From Polyangiaceae bacterium (GTDB taxonomy: Bacteria; Myxococcota_A; Polyangia; Polyangiales; Polyangiaceae), in the NCBI GenBank assembly GCA_044222475.1, contig JBGANF010000184.1, forward strand, positions 1 to 12,871: a stretch of 12,871 nt of DNA, written 5' to 3'. A program made the translations under genes and the position numbers. Within the stretch, counting starts at the first letter, position 1. Each line of letters opens with the position of its first letter. Below, in pieces: positions 8,368 through 12,871 of the stretch. Under the pieces are notes generated by a model. The model was not told the origin of the DNA. It searched no databases and saw only the letters and a program-made list of their open reading frames with translations.

Positions 8368-9060
8368 TCAGGGCAGCTTCGCGTTCAGGAGTGCACGCGC
8401 GAACCCATCGAGCGCCGCGACCGGGACGCCTTCGAACGAGAGGTTGCCGTTGCGCTCCGAGACGCGAACGCCCTTCAGGGACGACACACGCGCTAGGCTC
8501 TTCTCGATCGCCGACCGCGCCGCCGTCTTCGGCTTCTTCCGCGAAGCCGACGTGAGCTTCCCGGTGGCCGCCGTGATCTCGGCGACGCTCGCGTCATCGA
8601 GGCTCTTCGTGGCGGTCTCGGCGTTCTCGACCGGAACGCGGATGCGGTCGAGCGCGACCGGGAGCGGCGGATGCGCGAGGGGCTTTCCGAGCTTGGCTTC
8701 GACGAACCCGAGCGCGGCATCGAGCTTGGCGACGCCGTACCGCTCCTCGTCGCGCGGGCTCGCGAACTTGGCGACGCGGACGTAGCGACTCGCGGAGCGA
8801 GGCTCCTCCTTCATGACGGCGCGGAAGAACTCGGCTGCGTTGCGATGTCCGCCGACGACGTAGAGCGGCGGATCGTGATCGACGATGGCACCGGCGGCCT
8901 CCCAGCGGCGATCGAAGTCCTCCATCTCGGTGCGAGAAGCCTTGGAGATGACGGCGACGAGATCGTCGTAGGCCTTCTTCAACTTGGCGTCGACCTTGAC
9001 GACGACGTCGGGAGCGGGAGCGGCGGCTTTCTTGGTCGGCTTCTTCTTCTTGGCGGCCAT
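8368..9060 (-). CDS. Basic hypothetical protein (230 aa), putative DNA-binding (DUF3102-like helical/HTH-like core)
   Basis: GGAGG-N4-ATG at 9060 and a Lys-rich N-terminus MAAKKKKPTKK. The segment 'LYVVGGHRNAAEFFRAVMKEEPRSASRYVRVAKF...YGVAKLDAAL' resembles the DUF3102-like 'F..W.....S.RTA.RYM..A' pattern (recognition only). Confidence 0.75.
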   Translation of the reverse strand: MAAKKKKPTKKAAAPAPDVVVKVDAKLKKAYDDLVAVISKASRTEMEDFDRRWEAAGAIVDHDPPLYVVGGHRNAAEFFRAVMKEEPRSASRYVRVAKFASPRDEERYGVAKLDAALGFVEAKLGKPLAHPPLPVALDRIRVPVENAETATKSLDDASVAEITAATGKLTSASRKKPKTAARSAIEKSLARVSSLKGVRVSERNGNLSFEGVPVAALDGFARALLNAKLP

Positions 9061-9088
9061 GGATCCTCCGGAACCGAACTGTAGCGAC

Positions 9089-9126
9089 AAGTGGCGCGGC
9101 GCCACCTCGGAAGTGGCGTCGCCACG
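9089..9126 (+). promoter_or_regulatory. Tandem palindromic candidate enhancer/operator sites AAGTGGCG-N1/3-CGCCAC
   Basis: gtggcgcggcgccac (9091-9105) and gtggcgtcgccac (9113-9125) are both preceded by AA and have a 22-bp period. They lie in the divergent intergenic region. Confidence 0.7.
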
Positions 9127-9169
9127 TGGAGGTTTCGAAGTCCTGCGGCAAATCGAGCATCCGCGGCCC

Positions 9170-9185
9170 TGGCACGTGATTCGCA
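9170..9185 (+). promoter_or_regulatory. Sigma54 -24/-12 promoter candidate for the ImmA/IrrE-DUF4411 operon
   Basis: TGGCACG-TGAT-TCGCA, with GG(9171-72)-N10-GC(9183-84) and 1 mismatch to consensus. Predicted +1 is near 9196, upstream of ATG 9203/9230. Confidence 0.7.
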
Positions 9186-9229
9186 GAAGATTGAGAGGAC
9201 CGATGGTTTCGAATACGGTGAACGAAGGC

Positions 9230-10378
9230 ATGACGCGGGTGAAGATCAAGCCCGAGATGCTGCGGTGGGCGCGCGACCGCTCGCGGGTCGACGAGCTCGT
9301 CCTGGCAGCGAGGTTCCCTCAGCTCGACGCGTGGACGCGAGGCGAGAAGGATCCGACGTTCAAGCAGCTGGAGTCGTTCGCCAAGGCCACCCACACTCCG
9401 ATCGGCTTCCTGTTCCTGCCTGCTCCTCCCGTCGAGCGTGTGCCGATCCCCGATCTGCGGACGGTGAAGAACAAGTCGATCGCGGCGCCGAGTCCGGATC
9501 TCCTCGAGACGATCTACCAGTGCCAGCAGCGCCAGGAGTGGTACCGCGACTATGCGCGCTGGATGGGTGACGCGCCGCTCGACTTCGTGGGGTCGGTGAG
9601 CCTCGGCGACGACGTCGGCGAGGTCGCGGCGCGGATGCGGAAGGTGCTGCGCCTGGACATCGAGGAGCGGCGCAAGCTGCCGACGTGGACCGATGCGCTG
9701 AGGCGGTTGATCGAGCAAGCCGATGCGGTCGGTGTGCTGGTCATGGTCAGTGGGGTGGTGGGAAGCGACAACCACCGCAAGCTCGACCCCGACGAGTTTC
9801 GCGGCTTCGCGCTCGCCGATTCGCTCGCTCCGCTCATCTTCATCAACGGCTCGGACAGCAAGGCCGCGCAGATGTTCACCATCGCGCACGAGCTCGTTCA
9901 CCTGTGGCTAGGCGAGAGTGCGCTCTCGAACCTGGAGATGACGGCGAAGGCGACGAACGACATCGAGCGGTTTTGTGACCAAGTCGCGGCGGAGCTTCTC
10001 GCGCCGCTCGCGCTGATCGCATCGGAGTTCGACGAGGATCGAGACCTCGACGAGGAGGTCGATCGCCTCGCGCGCCACTTCAAGGTGAGCTCGCTCGTGA
10101 TCTTGCGTCGGCTCCACGACGCGAGGAAGCTAACGCGCGACGAGTATTGGGCCGCGTACCGGCGGGAGGTCGCGCGGTTCGCGGAAAGGAAGACGAGCGG
10201 TGGAGGTGACTTCTACCTGACGCTGGGCGCGCGAGCGGGCAAGCGCTTCGCGAGGGCCGTGGTGACGAGCGCGCTCGAAGGACGTTCGCCGTTCACGGAG
10301 GCGTTTCGCTTGCTGGGCTTTCGCAAGATGTCGACGTTCGACGAGCTGGGCCGAACGCTGGGCGTGCTCGCGCGATGA
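9230..10378 (+). CDS. XRE-type HTH fused to ImmA/IrrE family Zn metallo-endopeptidase (COG2856)
   Basis: N-terminal 'KPEMLRWARDRS...WTRGEKDPTFKQLESFAKAT' HTH, then FRGFAL...PLIFIN and the HEXXH motif FTIAHELVHLW, followed by ERFCDQVAAELL and LARHFKVS. Start is ATG 9230 (alternative 9203). Confidence 0.93.
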   Translation: MTRVKIKPEMLRWARDRSRVDELVLAARFPQLDAWTRGEKDPTFKQLESFAKATHTPIGFLFLPAPPVERVPIPDLRTVKNKSIAAPSPDLLETIYQCQQRQEWYRDYARWMGDAPLDFVGSVSLGDDVGEVAARMRKVLRLDIEERRKLPTWTDALRRLIEQADAVGVLVMVSGVVGSDNHRKLDPDEFRGFALADSLAPLIFINGSDSKAAQMFTIAHELVHLWLGESALSNLEMTAKATNDIERFCDQVAAELLAPLALIASEFDEDRDLDEEVDRLARHFKVSSLVILRRLHDARKLTRDEYWAAYRREVARFAERKTSGGGDFYLTLGARAGKRFARAVVTSALEGRSPFTEAFRLLGFRKMSTFDELGRTLGVLAR

Positions 10379-10863
10379 CGTACTTGCTGGATGCGAACGT
10401 CTTCATCGGAGCGAGCCGTCTCCACTACGGGTTCGATTTCTGCCCTGCGTTCTGGGAGTGGCTCATCGAAGCGAACAAGGCGAAGCGTGTGTTCAGCATC
10501 GAGCGCGTCGGGACGGAGATCGAAGCGGGGGACGATGCTCTGGCGGAGTGGGCGTCGAAGCGAGCGCACGGGTTCTTCTTGAAGCCCGACGCAGCGCTGC
10601 AACCCGCGCTCGGGACCGTAGCGACCTGGGCGACGAGCCAGAAGTACGAGCCGGCGGCGATCAGCACGTTCTTGCAGGTCGCGGACTACTACCTCGTCGC
10701 TCACGCGCTGGCGCACCGGCACATCGTGGTGACGCACGAGGTGGCGGACAACTCGACGCGGAGGATCAAGGTCCCGAGCGCGTGCATCGGCGTCGCGGTC
10801 CAGCACATGACGCCGTTCGAGATGCTGAGAAAAGAGAAAGCGCGGTTCGTGTTGGGCAAGTGA
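10375..10863 (+). CDS. DUF4411 family PIN-like domain protein (putative toxin/RNase)
   Basis: Motifs YLLDANVFI, YGFDFCPAFWEWL, TEIEAGDD, ADYYLVAHA, VVTHE and IKVPSAC. ATGA overlap with the peptidase gene indicates translational coupling. Confidence 0.9.
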   Translation: MTYLLDANVFIGASRLHYGFDFCPAFWEWLIEANKAKRVFSIERVGTEIEAGDDALAEWASKRAHGFFLKPDAALQPALGTVATWATSQKYEPAAISTFLQVADYYLVAHALAHRHIVVTHEVADNSTRRIKVPSACIGVAVQHMTPFEMLRKEKARFVLGK

Positions 10864-10905
10864 CCGGTCTTGGGTGCGACTGGGTCTCTCCAGTAGTATC
10901 GCCCG

Positions 10906-11688
10906 ATGACCGACGCGGCCTCGGCGGACGACACTCGGAAAGCCTTGCTAGCAACCGTGAAGGGTCTCGCCGGACCGACCGGCGGCGAGGGCTTCGCTCG
11001 CGAGTACGCGATCAAGCAGACCATCGAAAAGCTTGGCCAGCGCTACCACTCTCTGACCGCTCGGAGAGTGATGGACGCGTGGGACGATCTCTACCGAACC
11101 GGCGCGGTTGGCTACGGAATGGACATGGCGAATCTCGGCACGAACTGGGCTCACCTCACCGAGTTCGGTCTAGCCAGTGTGAAGGAGCTCGATCGCGATC
11201 CGGCAAACCCCGCTGGGTTCATGGCGGCAGTCGGCCAGTTCCTCGCGAACGAACCAGTGGCCGCGTCGTATCTCGGAGAAGCCCTCGCCACCTACAACAA
11301 GGGAGCCTTCAAGTCGTCGGCGGTCATGTTGGGCGGCGCAGCCGAAGCCCTGCACCTGAGCTTGCGCGACAAACTTGCCGCGAAGATCACGACATCCGGG
11401 GGGACTGCCCCGCCAGAGCTCACGACCTGGATCATCTCCCGCGTGCTCGCATCGATGGAGCGCTTGTTCGGGAACCGAATGAACGACATGGATCGCAACC
11501 TTCGCGAGCGTTTCGAATCGTACTGGCCTGCTTGGACGGGTCTCTTCAGGATGACGCGCAACGAGGCCGGTCATCCTAAGAGTGTGGATCCGATCACGCG
11601 CGACGCGATTCATGCGGCGCTGCTGCTCTTCCCTGAGCAAGCAAGATTGTCGGCCGATCTCGCGGCGTGGGTCGATTCGACCTACTAG
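10906..11688 (+). CDS. Hypothetical protein with C-terminal HEPN-like (DUF4145/Abi-like) domain
   Basis: The helix pattern 'YLGEALATYNKGAFKSSAVMLGGAAE' is followed by the Rx4H motif RNEAGH(P). It lies 42 bp after DUF4411 and has lower GC3 than the flanking genes. Confidence 0.7.
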   Translation: MTDAASADDTRKALLATVKGLAGPTGGEGFAREYAIKQTIEKLGQRYHSLTARRVMDAWDDLYRTGAVGYGMDMANLGTNWAHLTEFGLASVKELDRDPANPAGFMAAVGQFLANEPVAASYLGEALATYNKGAFKSSAVMLGGAAEALHLSLRDKLAAKITTSGGTAPPELTTWIISRVLASMERLFGNRMNDMDRNLRERFESYWPAWTGLFRMTRNEAGHPKSVDPITRDAIHAALLLFPEQARLSADLAAWVDSTY

Positions 11689-11892
11689 AGCGGATGGTCG
11701 CATCACGTCGTGACCCACACAGCGGCGTGTACTCCGTGCCGGACTCCTCACCACGCGACAAGCTCGAACCACGAACGGTGTGGAAAAGCGGCTCCGGAAG
11801 CTCCTCGCGAGAGCGAAGGGCGTCCTCCAAAGTGTGGATGTGACGGACCTCCCGCCCTTTACCGAGCCGCCGACCTGACGTCGTTGAATGTA

Positions 11893-12282
11893 ATGACGAG
11901 GCGCGAGCCTGCGATGGTGTTCTATCAGCGCATCGGGGACGCCCTAAAGTGGAGCGATCCCAAGACCGCAGTCCAGCTCGACATACTAGAGCGACATCTC
12001 GTTCTTCGTTGGCTCGCCGACGGCGTTCCGTTCGAGCACTTGGTGAAGCTCGTCGATACACTGAAGGAGGCTACGCGATTGGGTGAGGGCGCTTGGACTG
12101 CGCCTCCGCTCACCGAAAAGAGCCGTTGGATCGATGCACTCGGCGCTGCCAAGGACTACCACCGAGCCTACGGGGAGGCGGCCTCATACCCCCCCCCCAA
12201 TCCTCGGCATCGAAGCGTTGCCGAGGGCATCAAGCGCCTCCGTCAGGAAGGAGTGCGGGTCGAAGTGCGCGATGGTTTCTGA
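11893..12282 (+). CDS. Short hypothetical protein, possibly the truncated remnant of a longer gene
   Basis: The frame is protein-like from ATG 11893/11914 (FYQRIGDALKWSDPK...EGIKRLRQEGVRVEVRDGF), with atypical lower-GC codons. The ORF-track N-terminal extension from 11710 looks non-coding. Confidence 0.45.
   Translation: MTRREPAMVFYQRIGDALKWSDPKTAVQLDILERHLVLRWLADGVPFEHLVKLVDTLKEATRLGEGAWTAPPLTEKSRWIDALGAAKDYHRAYGEAASYPPPNPRHRSVAEGIKRLRQEGVRVEVRDGF
12189..12198 (+). repeat. C10 homopolymer inside the ORF
   Basis: ta-cccccccccc-aa, read as TAC CCC CCC CCC AAT (YPPPN). Confidence 0.85.
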
Positions 12283-12553
12283 GCCTCGGTCACCTCCTCG
12301 TGATGCTCGACCGCGTGTGTCAAGCGAGGAGTTCTGGAACGAGCTGCGCCATAGCCGGCACATGACTACAGGATCGCTCGACTTCTACTTCGAGTACGCC
12401 CAGGCTCGCGCGATCCGTTCGGCGGGCCCGTAGTTGGCGACGACCGGGCGATCGGCAATGGCGGCGCAACAGCCGCACTGCAGGGCGAGACAACGCGCCC
12501 GGTGGATCGAGACGTAGCGTCCATCGGTCAGGATGGGGCGCGGGCGTCGTGAG

Positions 12554-12871
12554 GACCTTGCCCTTCTCGGGTCGCCAACCGGCGACGTCCTTGTCGAGGT
12601 CGATGCGGACCACCTTGTAGGGCGCGAGGAAGCCGTCTTCGATGCCTTGCTTGAGCGAGTAGGTGTAGACCGAGTCGCCGAAGTAGTGCGTCGTCGAGAT
12701 GTCGGTCGTCTCTTTCGGCGTCGCCGTGAGGCCGAGCTGCGTGGCCGAGCTGAAGTAGTCGAGCACCTCGCGCCACGCGGAGTCGTCGGCGGCGCTGCCG
12801 CGGTGGCACTCGTCGACGATGATGAGGTCGAAGAAGTCGGGCGAGAACTGGCGGAAGATGTCGCTCTCTTC
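12554..12871 (-). pseudogene. hsdR: Type I restriction endonuclease subunit R (EcoAI/EcoEI-like), 3'-truncated; 5' part lies beyond the window
   Basis: The frame reads [55 protein letters not shown]...[36 protein letters not shown], containing DExH motif II and TAT motif III. It then switches to non-homologous, Arg/Pro-rich sequence until a stop at 12320. Confidence 0.85.

Noticed and set aside
8984..9249. Extended N-termini making the 8368-9249 and 8984-10378 ORFs overlap
   Set aside because: The Shine-Dalgarno at ATG 9060 and the family-typical start at 9230 leave a clean intergenic region containing the regulatory motifs. Extensions of the Uma2 (6521) and DUF429 (7212) ORFs were rejected on the same grounds.
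11689..11892. Possible ncRNA or promoter in the gap after the HEPN-like gene
   Set aside because: No convincing -24/-12 or -35/-10 match, stable terminator, or recognisable RNA family by eye.
12433..12586. GTTGGCGAC (12433-12441) and GTCGCCAAC (12571-12579) as inverted repeats around the hsdR breakpoint, matching the 8325 half-site
   Set aside because: Only 9 bp in high-GC DNA. One copy is inside hsdR coding sequence and is not at the junction, and CGCCAAC also occurs elsewhere in coding DNA (near 133 and 4382).

Overview
High-GC bacterial DNA, probably myxobacterial (Polyangiaceae/Sorangium-like). This is inferred from the large Ser/Thr kinase-ATPase, the Uma2 gene and the sigma54 promoters. 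The left part holds a 1,278-codon Hanks-type kinase-AAA-helical repeat gene (minus strand), a divergent predicted lipoprotein and two hypothetical genes. From about 6.5 kb onward it looks like an accessory or defence-island-like cluster. It contains a Uma2 (DUF820) nuclease-fold gene, a DUF429 RNase-H-like gene, a basic putative DNA-binding protein flanked by palindrome pairs, an HTH-ImmA/IrrE metallopeptidase coupled to a DUF4411 PIN-like gene, a HEPN-motif protein, a short degraded ORF and a truncated type I restriction hsdR. The most striking signal is non-coding. Three sigma54-type -24/-12 promoters sit upstream of the lipoprotein, Uma2 and ImmA/IrrE genes. Each has a GTGRCR box exactly 58 bp, and a second 78-80 bp, upstream of the -24 GG. 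This suggests an undescribed enhancer-controlled regulon that includes nuclease and toxin-antitoxin-like genes. All family calls come from motif recognition by eye; no database searches were run.
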